The notes under the pieces are model-generated. The model ran no database searches. It was not told the DNA's origin and was given only the letters and a program-made list of their open reading frames with translations. Positions 24,822 through 32,000 of a DNA stretch of 32,000 nt are shown one piece after another. The translations under genes and the position numbers were made by a program. Numbering within the stretch: position 1 is the stretch's first letter; each line of letters starts with the position of its first letter. The stretch is from Erysipelotrichaceae bacterium MTC7 (GTDB lineage Bacteria; Bacillota_I; Bacilli_A; Erysipelotrichales; Erysipelotrichaceae): positions 60,001-92,000 of the forward strand of contig LVZN01000023.1 of the NCBI GenBank assembly GCA_001695645.1. The letters are read 5' to 3'.

Positions 24822-25663
24822 TCTGGTGTATCTCCCTTTAAATTGATATCCACAATATGTTTTGGTGCTTGCATCTTGCCTTTTGGATATTCCATGTATA
24901 CGCCACCAATTTCAACTTCCAACAATGCATCTGGATGCTTTGGGATTGGCAACATCGTATCTTCAAAGACATGATACTGAACCGGATATATATCCGCTTT
25001 TTTATAGGCAACTGGTTTCCATGGTTTATCAAAGGTCCAACTTAAATCGTAACCAATCGTTTTGGAACCGCGTTTTTTCGCTTTTGCACTATAGCGGCGA
25101 ATAAACTTCCAGTACTTTGTCTTTAACCATAGTGGATTTCTCATCATGTTTTCAAAAAACGTCACAACAACCATGTACAACAAACTTTTCAAGCGACACA
25201 AAAAGTCGACCCAACGGCGTTCATCTACAAAGTCCACAATAAAGACATCAATAAATAAACCATCACCATCCGTACATTTGTTTTTCAACAAACTATTTAC
25301 CTCTTTAACATAGGTGTTTTTGCGACGCAGTTTCATCGCCGGAATACAAACGTTGTATTCTTTGTGGGTATCAAAACACTGGTAGTAATACTTACTCGAA
25401 TCCATCATTTTGACCACTTGTAAAAAGCGCTTGTAGTCTTCATACATCATGCCAACATCAGCATCATCATCCCAAGGGATAAACCCATTATGACGAACTG
25501 CTCCTAAACATGAGCCACCAGTTAGGTAGTACGGAATATCATTTGCTTTACAAATGGCATCTAAATCTTTCAGCATTTCTAAAAGGACCGTATGCACTTG
25601 TGCAACGGTGACTGGTTCACCATTTTTATCAATTTTAATTACATAGTCGTTATCATTTTTCAT
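24818..25663 (-). CDS. licD: LicD-family phosphotransferase (phosphocholine or polyol-phosphate transfer to wall polymers)
   Basis: LLEMLKDLDAICKANDIPYYLTGGSCLGAVRHNGFIPWDDDADVGM is the LicD nucleotidyltransferase-fold signature. The stop overlaps the next start (ATGA). No SD; a TGgTATTAT box lies 9 nt upstream of the ATG. Confidence 0.85.
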   Translation of the reverse strand: MKNDNDYVIKIDKNGEPVTVAQVHTVLLEMLKDLDAICKANDIPYYLTGGSCLGAVRHNGFIPWDDDADVGMMYEDYKRFLQVVKMMDSSKYYYQCFDTHKEYNVCIPAMKLRRKNTYVKEVNSLLKNKCTDGDGLFIDVFIVDFVDERRWVDFLCRLKSLLYMVVVTFFENMMRNPLWLKTKYWKFIRRYSAKAKKRGSKTIGYDLSWTFDKPWKPVAYKKADIYPVQYHVFEDTMLPIPKHPDALLEVEIGGVYMEYPKGKMQAPKHIVDINLKGDTPE

Positions 25664-25735
25664 ACATTTGCTATAATACCATGTTTACGCGTTTTTTTGT
25701 AGGTCTAAAGACTAAAGATTTCCTGAAGATTGCAT

Positions 25736-25762
25736 AAAAAAACAAGGCATCTACACCTTGTT
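25736..25762 (-). terminator. Terminator of the two-gene cassette
   Basis: Minus strand: aacaagg-tgtagatg-ccttgtt followed by TTTTT, about 50 nt after the stop at 25810. Confidence 0.65.
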
Positions 25763-25809
25763 TTCATTGCAATGAAGCATAGCTTGTAAAAAGCCATGCC
25801 CCTTTACAG

Positions 25810-26238
25810 TTATTGCTTGTTTCTTTGGTTTGTCGGTATCATCAAGTGCGAATCCAAAGCATAGACGACAATTGCTTGTAGAATTGTACTACAGATGATG
25901 AGTGTTATGGTTTGTTGCTGATCCAAAGTAAAGACAGGTTGATGTAAAGTCCCCATACAAAAATGAATCCATACCCGAACCAATAAAATCCACTCACTGT
26001 AATTGCGATAGTTGGGATGATGGTTGCGAATATAATAACTATAGAACTGCACTTGCCAAAGTAAAGATCCATAAAACACAACAAAGTAACAAAGGTTACA
26101 GATGGAACTTGTAGGTACTACATAAAAACAAAGCACCATCAACATGCCACTCAATAACACAAGGAGTGCTCCAACATACTTTGCATATCTTTCTAGATGT
26201 TGCCAAAGACGTCGTTGCAATTTTTCTAGTGCATGCAT
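25810..26238 (-). CDS. Polytopic membrane protein (142 aa), unknown function, translationally coupled to the upstream 121-aa ORF
   Basis: Start MHALEKLQRRLWQHLERYAKYVGALLVLLSGMLMVLCFYVV at 26238, one nucleotide after the upstream TAA (TAAgATG). Three to four hydrophobic segments, rich in aromatic, Cys and His residues. The longer track start (26313) would overlap the upstream ORF by 74 nt. Confidence 0.6.
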   Translation of the reverse strand: MHALEKLQRRLWQHLERYAKYVGALLVLLSGMLMVLCFYVVPTSSICNLCYFVVFYGSLLWQVQFYSYYIRNHHPNYRNYSEWILLVRVWIHFCMGTLHQPVFTLDQQQTITLIICSTILQAIVVYALDSHLMIPTNQRNKQ

Positions 26239-26239
26239 C

Positions 26240-26605
26240 TTAGCGCACCGATGTTGATAAATACGGAATGATACCCCATTGCCAACCAATACTAACCGAT
26301 ACCCCTTTGCCACGAGTAAGTGCGGTTACCGATGCGCTAGCAAAACTTGTTGCTCCGGCGATAAGAAAGGTTGCGGCAAACGCACCAACTGCTACACCAA
26401 GTGGGCCAAAGGCAGCGCATTTACCGGCAACCCAAAAGGCACTGGAACGCACACCCCAAGCTAGTGCTTGCACATTGTACGGGTTGGAACAGATAGCAAA
26501 AGCAATCATGCGCAAGTTTTTATTATTGATGTAAAACCCTTGTCCATCCAACAGTGTACTTTTAGATTCATAAGCTACATAATGTTTTGGTAAAACCATT
26601 TGCAT
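26240..26605 (-). CDS. Small protein (121 aa) with a Gly/Ala-rich, glycine-zipper-like hydrophobic core; unknown function
   Basis: Strong RBS GGAAGGAGAA 4 nt before the ATG at 26605. Sequence ...AFWVAGKCAAFGPLGVAVGAFAATFLIAGATSFASASVTALTRGKGVSVSIGWQWGIIPY.... No Sec signal and no double-glycine leader. Confidence 0.6.
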   Translation of the reverse strand: MQMVLPKHYVAYESKSTLLDGQGFYINNKNLRMIAFAICSNPYNVQALAWGVRSSAFWVAGKCAAFGPLGVAVGAFAATFLIAGATSFASASVTALTRGKGVSVSIGWQWGIIPYLSTSVR

Positions 26606-26639
26606 AAGTTTTCTCCTTCCTGAAGTAAAAGTTACCTCT

Positions 26640-26668
26640 ATTTATGGATAAACAAAAGGCGTGTGCAA
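26640..26668 (-). promoter_or_regulatory. Candidate sigma-A promoter of the two-gene cassette
   Basis: Minus strand: TTGCAC (26663-26668), 17 nt, ATAAAT (26640-26645), about 35 nt upstream of the ATG. Confidence 0.5.
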
Positions 26669-26672
26669 TCCT

Positions 26673-26703
26673 AAAAAAAAGGACAAGTCGTGTGACTGTC
26701 CTT
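26673..26703 (-). terminator. Terminator of the purine permease gene
   Basis: Minus strand: aaggacagtc-acac-gacttgtcctt (one bulge) followed by TTTTTTTT. Confidence 0.75.
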
Positions 26704-26719
26704 CATATGCATCTAGTTT

Positions 26720-28057
26720 TTAGAACCATTTCATCCATACATCCATCGTGAAATACAACACGAAGATGATATCCAAAACGATAACTACTGCACTAACTTT
26801 GTTTGCGCGTTTTGTTGCTAACATCGCAAATGTGTAAATGATGAATCCCCAAGCAATTCCGTTTGCAATTGAGTAAGTTAGAATCATCATAACAACTGTG
26901 ATAAATCCTGCAGCAGCAAATGCAAAATCATCCCAATCAATGTCTTTTAATTGCTGTGCCATCAATACTCCAACAACAACCAATGCTGGTGTAGTAACTG
27001 CACTTGTAACTAACGATAACACAAGTGGTGCAAATAAAATCGAAACTAAGAATAGTACACCCGTTGTAATCGCCGTTAATCCAGTACGACCACCAACAGC
27101 AACTCCACTTGTGCTTTCTACAAATGATGTAACGGTACTTGTTCCAATCATTGAACCAATCACCGATGCAACTGCATCTGCAAGAAGTGCTTTTTCAACA
27201 CCTTCCATTTCACCTTCGTCATTTACCAAACCAATACGGTTTCCAATCGCAACAAGTGTTCCTGCTGTATCAAAGAAATCAACGAACAAGAATGAGAATA
27301 CAATTACGATCATGTTTGGAATGTTTGAGAATAGCTTGTCAAATCCATCCGCAAATCCACCAATGGTTTTCATATCAAAGCTTAGATCAAAACTAGTTGG
27401 TAGTTGTGGCATTCCTTCTACACCTAGAAAACCAAACACCAACCCAACAACTGCCGTAATTACCAATCCAAAGAAGACACCAGCAGGTACATCTTTAGCA
27501 ACCAAGATAAAGGTTACGATAATTCCAAACACTGCTAACATTACGGTTGGTTCTGTAAGTGAACCCATAGCAACACCAGTTGCTTCACTAGCAATGATGA
27601 TTCCTGCATTTTTCAATCCAACAAATGCAATAAAGAATCCAATACCAGCACCAATGGCAATTTTCAATTGTTTTGGAATCGCGTTAATGATAACTTTACG
27701 AACCCCAGTCACTGAAATTAGTAAGAATAGTACCCCAGAAACAAAAACGGCAGCTAAGGCACTTTGCCAAGTTTCTCCCATCAGCATAACTGCTGTATAG
27801 GTAAAGAATGCATTCACTCCCATACCAGGAGCAAGCGCTACTGGGTAGTTTGCAAGCAGACCCATTAATACAGAACCGATTGCAGAAGCAATTGCAGTTG
27901 CAAGGAATACAGATTTTGCATCCATTCCCGCATCACCAAGAATTGCAGGGTTAACAGCAAGAATATAAGCCATTGCTAAAAACGTCGTTACACCGGCAAT
28001 AATCTCCGTTCTTACGGTTGTTTTCTTTTCCGTAAGCTTAAATAATTTTTCTAACAT
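26720..28057 (-). CDS. NCS2/AzgA-family purine (adenine/guanine/hypoxanthine) permease
   Basis: MLEKLFKLTEKKTTVRTEIIAGVTTFLAMAYILAVNPAILGDAGMD... is the PbuG/PurP-type N-terminus. About 12-13 TM segments. RBS GAGGGAGGA. Confidence 0.85.
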   Translation of the reverse strand: MLEKLFKLTEKKTTVRTEIIAGVTTFLAMAYILAVNPAILGDAGMDAKSVFLATAIASAIGSVLMGLLANYPVALAPGMGVNAFFTYTAVMLMGETWQSALAAVFVSGVLFLLISVTGVRKVIINAIPKQLKIAIGAGIGFFIAFVGLKNAGIIIASEATGVAMGSLTEPTVMLAVFGIIVTFILVAKDVPAGVFFGLVITAVVGLVFGFLGVEGMPQLPTSFDLSFDMKTIGGFADGFDKLFSNIPNMIVIVFSFLFVDFFDTAGTLVAIGNRIGLVNDEGEMEGVEKALLADAVASVIGSMIGTSTVTSFVESTSGVAVGGRTGLTAITTGVLFLVSILFAPLVLSLVTSAVTTPALVVVGVLMAQQLKDIDWDDFAFAAAGFITVVMMILTYSIANGIAWGFIIYTFAMLATKRANKVSAVVIVLDIIFVLYFTMDVWMKWF

Positions 28058-28285
28058 ATTTCCTCCCTCAAATTTTGAAATACGTTTTTATTATACCTTT
28101 GTTTTAAAGCCAATGGAAGAGGAAATGCACATTCCATAAGTATTCCCCATAATGCTCTCACCTTGTGCAAAAGAAAAGAGTCAACTGCTTGACCCGTTTC
28201 TTTTGCCATGACTGACATCAATTCTAACTGTATCGTTTTTGTTTTACGTACACGCATCTAGAAATCCAATGATACTGCCTTAGTA

Positions 28286-31200
28286 CTATTTTGTCTTTTT
28301 ACTAGTTTCTCTTCTTTTTATCATGAATACCACCACAAACATACTGACAAGTAACATTCCACCATGCATTCCTACATGAGTTGCATCGTACGTATCAACA
28401 CCCTTAGTTAAAGTTGTATCTTTCGGGTTGGTCGTTTGATTCGCACCAGGTGTAATGCTAGGATCTTGTTTATTTGCGAAAACGCTAAGCACTGCTCCAT
28501 GATATGCTTTGATTTTATAGTTTTCATGTACAGTTCCACCAGTAACTGCGATTTCATACACTCCCGCTTTTGATAAATCTCCTGCTTGGTGTGTAAGAAC
28601 TGGCTCAGTCAGTAACACATTTTCTAACTTATCAGTAGTCGCCAGATTTTTTACCTCGTATGAAAGTGTCGGCATGTTTTCACCTATGATGTGTTGCACA
28701 TCCTTAGCATGGATACTCAACTCACGTTGACCAATCTCAAAGGTTTTTGTTGTTGTTCCTGCATATACATGATTGTTTTTATTTACGGTTACCGTAACTT
28801 TGTAACTTCCAGCATTTTTAGGAATCACATTTGCTCTTGATAATTTTTGTGAATCCGCATGGCTGTATTCATAGATAACATCATAATCAGAAGTTGCAAG
28901 TTCTACGATTTCACCATTTGCATCCACAAAATGAAGGTCACCAATTTTTTTGCTTTTTCCATCATAAACGCTATGTTCCATCGTAAACATAGGAACTAGT
29001 GTTGCTTTTTTATCAACAATGACTTGTAAATCCACAAAGAATGTTTCAAAGTTAGCACTATCTACTTGCAAAGTAATCGTTGCTTGATTGTTTGCGACTA
29101 CATCTGCAAGTGTGAATGCAATCTTGTGATCTTCAGTGATTGACACATGCGACAAGATTTGGTTTTCATCATGTAGTCCACCAAGCGAAAATTGTGTGTT
29201 TCCCAGTTTTTGATTCTTGCTTAATGTTGGCAACAAGTTTGCAATGTCATAAGTATAAGTTGCAGTTTTTTCCTCAATGGCATGGAACTCTTGGTGATTT
29301 CCAACAATTGGTGCTTGCAAGATTGTAACTGTTATATCTTTCGGTTGCAACAATGTGTAGTTATCTTTTTCACTTCCAGTTAATACAATCTTTGTACTCA
29401 CTGCCTTATTCATTCCAGCACTTGCATCTTCAATGGTTCCTTGGTTTGCATCAAATCCAACAAGTCCTTCATCTTTTAAAGCGACACCTTGTAACTGACC
29501 ATTCATTAATTCGACTATGTTTGTTCCATCGTAAACGCGATCGACAGCTGTAACATCAGCAATCGTAAGTTCTTTAGGTGAAATTTTAACTTTCACATCG
29601 GTTGGTTGGACAAGACTGTAGTTATCTTTTTGATTTCCACTCAATTCAATGTTTGTCGTTACAACTTTATTGTTTTCAACATTTGCACTTTCGACAATTC
29701 CATTTCCTAGAGTAAAGGGAAGGTTATCATTTGCAACAACTCCAACAAGCTTTCCACCAGTCAGTTCAACTGTTTTTTCTCCATTGTAGATACGATTGAC
29801 TGCTTCGACATCAGTGATTATAACTTCTCTTGGAGTAATGTTAACTTTCACATATGTTGGATAGGTAAGAATGTAGTTATATTCATCATTACCAGTTAGT
29901 CGAATATCTGTTGTTACTTCTTTGTTTTCTCCAACATCTGGACTTTTCATCCTTCCCTTAAGCAGTCTAAATGCGAGCTTGTCTTTATCTACTTTCTCAA
30001 CACCAACAAGTTTTCCATCTGTCAGTTCTACGCTTAGAGTTCCATCATAAGGACGATTCACTGCTTTTACATCTTGAATCGTGATTTCTTTGATTGAAAT
30101 GTTAACTGCAATAGATGTTGGTTGTTTGAATGTATAATTGCTAAGACCATCTCCAGAAAGTTCTATTTTAGTTGTAACTTTTTTGCTCGTTCCTGCATTC
30201 GGATTAGCGATACTACCTTCTTTCAAGTCAACTGTAAATGTCTCTGTACCAACCAATCCAGCTAGTGTGCCACCAGTTAGTTCTACAATTGTCGTTCCAT
30301 TGTAGGCACGATTAACAGCTTTAACACCTACAATCGTAAGATCCTTTGGTGTAACATTTACTGTAAGATCTGTTGGCTGACGGAATGTATAATTGTCAAG
30401 TCCTGCTCCTCTTAATTGGATATTTGTTGTTACGGACTTGTTGTCACCTGCGTTTGGATCAGCAATACTCCCGCTGTTTAATTCAACATCAAATGTTTCT
30501 GTACCAACCAATCCAACTAGTGTTCCACCAGTTAGTTCAACACTTGTTGTTCCATCGTAAACGCGATTCGTTGTATTTACACCAACGATGGTTAAATCTT
30601 TTGGTGTAATATTAACTGTTACATCAGTCGGTTGCAGCAAGGCGTAGTTATCTTTTGCCTCACCGGTTAATTCAATATTTGTCGTTACACTCTTGTTAGT
30701 TCCAGCATTTGCATCAGCAATCTCTCCACTTATTAAGTCGAATGAAAGCTTATCTTTGTCTGCTTTATCAACACCGACAAGTTCTCCACCAGTTAGAGTT
30801 ACTTTTGTTTTTCCGTTATACACACGACTCGTTGCTTTTACATTTTGAATCGTGATTTCTTTATTTGTAATGCTGACCGTAATATCTGTAGGTTGCTTAA
30901 ACGTATAATTACTAAGACCATTTCCTGTAAGTTGGATGTCAGTTGTAACTTTCTTATTAGCACCTACGTTTGGATCACTAACTGTACCCTTTTTCAAATC
31001 AACTATAAATGTCTCTTTTCCAACCAATCCATCTAGTGTACCACCAATGAGTTTTACATCGGTCGTTCCATCATAGGCACGATCAACAGTCTGCACACCA
31101 ATTATCGATAATTCTTTCGGTGTGACATTCACAGTTAGGTTTGATGGTTGAACAATTGAATAGTTATCTTTTGCCGGTCCGATCAGTTCTACATCTGTAG

Positions 31201-32000
31201 TTACCGTTTTATTTTCACCTACGTTTGGATCAAGCGTGCTTCCACGTTTCAAATTAACGCGCACATCTCCTTTATCATACACGGTTACGTTTTCTAATGT
31301 ACCATCCGTTAGTTCAACAGAGTTAGTACCATCATAAACTTTATTTAGAGTTTTCACTCCCGACAGTGTAAGTGGGCGCTTTTTAATTGTGTAGCTATCT
31401 ATCACAAGTGGTGTTTGAATCGCCTCATATGCACTACCACCACTTGTTGTGATACTTATTTGATAGTCTCCTGCTGCTTTAGGAGGAGTCAAAGACTTAC
31501 TATATACAGTCGAATCAATACCTTCATAGTAGATGTCGATTGTTCCACCATTTGCAGTAGTAAACCCATTGGCACCTTTTACTGTAAATGTATGGGATGT
31601 TCCATCGTAGACATAATCATCAATATTATGCGTGAAATTTGTTAAGCTTGGTTGCTTCTTCTTCACTGTGACATTTAATGGTACAAAACCACTAGCTTTT
31701 GCATTTTCATAGGCAACACCGTGCTTGTCATCTAAAGTATTCCAAGTGGCTGTATTAGCTGGCAACATGAACAATTCATCATCCGTATTCGCAGTATACT
31801 CTTTGTGCTTTCCATCTACGGTATCCCAAGCAATCAGCTCGCCACCATCCGTAGGATGAAAACTTTCTCTATTGATAATATCTGTAGTTTTATTTCCATA
31901 ACTAAAGACAACACCACCACTGATGACAGGCGTAGATTTACCATTCATGATAATCGCAGGATTTGTCGAGTTGAAATTTTGAATTAACCCTCCTGTAACA
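28286..32000 (-). CDS. Giant surface protein with 8 YDG-type repeats plus MBG-like domains and a C-terminal TM anchor; 5' end runs off the window (more than 1237 aa)
   Basis: The frame stays open upstream of the track ATG at 31948 through base 32000 (VTGGLIQNFNSTNPAII-MNGK...), and that ATG has no SD. Repeat unit: TPKDLTIVGV..NRVYDGTT.VELTGGTLVGLVG.ETF.V.L..GSIADPNAG.NK.VTT.I.L.G.GL.NYTF.QPTD.TVN. Tail: ...GVDTYDATHVGMHGGMLLVSMFVVVFMIKRRETSKKTK. Confidence 0.85.
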   Translation of the reverse strand, partial: VTGGLIQNFNSTNPAIIMNGKSTPVISGGVVFSYGNKTTDIINRESFHPTDGGELIAWDTVDGKHKEYTANTDDELFMLPANTATWNTLDDKHGVAYENAKASGFVPLNVTVKKKQPSLTNFTHNIDDYVYDGTSHTFTVKGANGFTTANGGTIDIYYEGIDSTVYSKSLTPPKAAGDYQISITTSGGSAYEAIQTPLVIDSYTIKKRPLTLSGVKTLNKVYDGTNSVELTDGTLENVTVYDKGDVRVNLKRGSTLDPNVGENKTVTTDVELIGPAKDNYSIVQPSNLTVNVTPKELSIIGVQTVDRAYDGTTDVKLIGGTLDGLVGKETFIVDLKKGTVSDPNVGANKKVTTDIQLTGNGLSNYTFKQPTDITVSITNKEITIQNVKATSRVYNGKTKVTLTGGELVGVDKADKDKLSFDLISGEIADANAGTNKSVTTNIELTGEAKDNYALLQPTDVTVNITPKDLTIVGVNTTNRVYDGTTSVELTGGTLVGLVGTETFDVELNSGSIADPNAGDNKSVTTNIQLRGAGLDNYTFRQPTDLTVNVTPKDLTIVGVKAVNRAYNGTTIVELTGGTLAGLVGTETFTVDLKEGSIANPNAGTSKKVTTKIELSGDGLSNYTFKQPTSIAVNISIKEITIQDVKAVNRPYDGTLSVELTDGKLVGVEKVDKDKLAFRLLKGRMKSPDVGENKEVTTDIRLTGNDEYNYILTYPTYVKVNITPREVIITDVEAVNRIYNGEKTVELTGGKLVGVVANDNLPFTLGNGIVESANVENNKVVTTNIELSGNQKDNYSLVQPTDVKVKISPKELTIADVTAVDRVYDGTNIVELMNGQLQGVALKDEGLVGFDANQGTIEDASAGMNKAVSTKIVLTGSEKDNYTLLQPKDITVTILQAPIVGNHQEFHAIEEKTATYTYDIANLLPTLSKNQKLGNTQFSLGGLHDENQILSHVSITEDHKIAFTLADVVANNQATITLQVDSANFETFFVDLQVIVDKKATLVPMFTMEHSVYDGKSKKIGDLHFVDANGEIVELATSDYDVIYEYSHADSQKLSRANVIPKNAGSYKVTVTVNKNNHVYAGTTTKTFEIGQRELSIHAKDVQHIIGENMPTLSYEVKNLATTDKLENVLLTEPVLTHQAGDLSKAGVYEIAVTGGTVHENYKIKAYHGAVLSVFANKQDPSITPGANQTTNPKDTTLTKGVDTYDATHVGMHGGMLLVSMFVVVFMIKRRETSKKTK
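29321..31393 (-). repeat. In-frame tandem array of 8 repeats of ~86-88 codons (YDG-domain repeats) inside the surface-protein gene
   Basis: Repeats span aa 186-876 of the track ORF. Recurrent DNA strings (ccaccagttagttc[t/a]ac, ccatcgtaaacgcgat, aacatttactgt) show nucleotide-level similarity between units. Confidence 0.85.

Noticed and set aside
26268-26534. Locally GC-rich patch with plus-strand ORFs of 88 and 61 aa, as a possible horizontally acquired insert
   Set aside because: The GC rise coincides with the Gly/Ala-rich segment of the minus-strand 121-aa ORF, where GGN and GCN codons dominate. The plus-strand ORFs are antisense shadows without RBS.
26898-27800. 300-aa plus-strand ORF (and the 85-aa ORF at 27139-27396)
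   Set aside because: It is antisense to a clearly homologous NCS2 permease gene. The translation is low-complexity (Pro/Thr/Ser/Asn-rich) and there is no RBS. This is a typical shadow ORF.
28058-28285. Expected purine riboswitch upstream of the purine permease
   Set aside because: I read the minus-strand leader and found none of the guanine/adenine riboswitch hallmarks (UAUAAU...GGAUAUGG...UUUCUACC...CCGUAAA...GACUA). Only a TATAAT box about 35 nt from the ATG is present. The 68-aa ORF at 28051-28257 is non-coding-looking filler.
29321-31393. Regular ~260-bp periodicity as a possible CRISPR array or non-coding satellite
   Set aside because: The repeats are in frame within one long ORF and translate to a conserved YDG-type protein domain. 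There are no short direct repeats with unique spacers.
1-32000. Scan for tRNA, rRNA, CRISPR arrays, IS elements, integrases, phage genes and recognisable defence genes
   Set aside because: None recognised by eye. All intergenic regions longer than 100 bp were read on both strands. A covariance-model scan with tRNAscan or Infernal would be needed to exclude small structured RNAs.

Overview
AT-rich chromosomal segment from a low-GC Gram-positive anaerobe (Bacillota; the gene content looks Erysipelotrichia- or Clostridia-like, but that placement is a guess). Almost all genes are on the minus strand. I saw no rRNA, tRNA, CRISPR array, transposase, integrase or phage gene. Contents by coordinate: (1) an ECF-type sigma factor that runs off the window, downstream of a Cna-B/SpaA-type surface adhesin with a long structured leader; (2) a pyruvate formate-lyase locus ordered pflA, thioredoxin-like gene, pflB, in which pflB is split into a 668-aa catalytic ORF and a separate 77-aa ORF carrying the RVSGY glycyl-radical loop; (3) pyrR plus an M42 aminopeptidase on the plus strand, and a small winged-helix gene; (4) ptsI without an adjacent ptsH; (5) an RpiR/MurR-controlled amino-sugar operon (mannose-family EIIB, fused EIIC-EIID, nanE, murQ, HAD phosphatase) with no EIIA-Man; (6) crr-like EIIA-Glc, a conserved hypothetical protein and a PPi-type phosphofructokinase; (7) an orphan intergenic region with two tandem ~292-bp promoter-to-terminator modules, one encoding a 20-aa peptide; (8) a cell-envelope operon (licD, degenerate amidase_3-like protein, ABC-F ATPase, HAD); (9) a stand-alone, translationally coupled two-gene cassette (Gly/Ala-rich 121-aa protein plus polytopic 142-aa membrane protein) with its own promoter and terminator; (10) an NCS2 purine permease; (11) a giant YDG/MBG-repeat surface protein that runs off the window. 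The best candidates for new biology are the split glycyl-radical enzyme with its thioredoxin-like partner, the two-gene membrane cassette and the tandem small-RNA/peptide modules. All family assignments come from reading motifs by eye; no database search was run.
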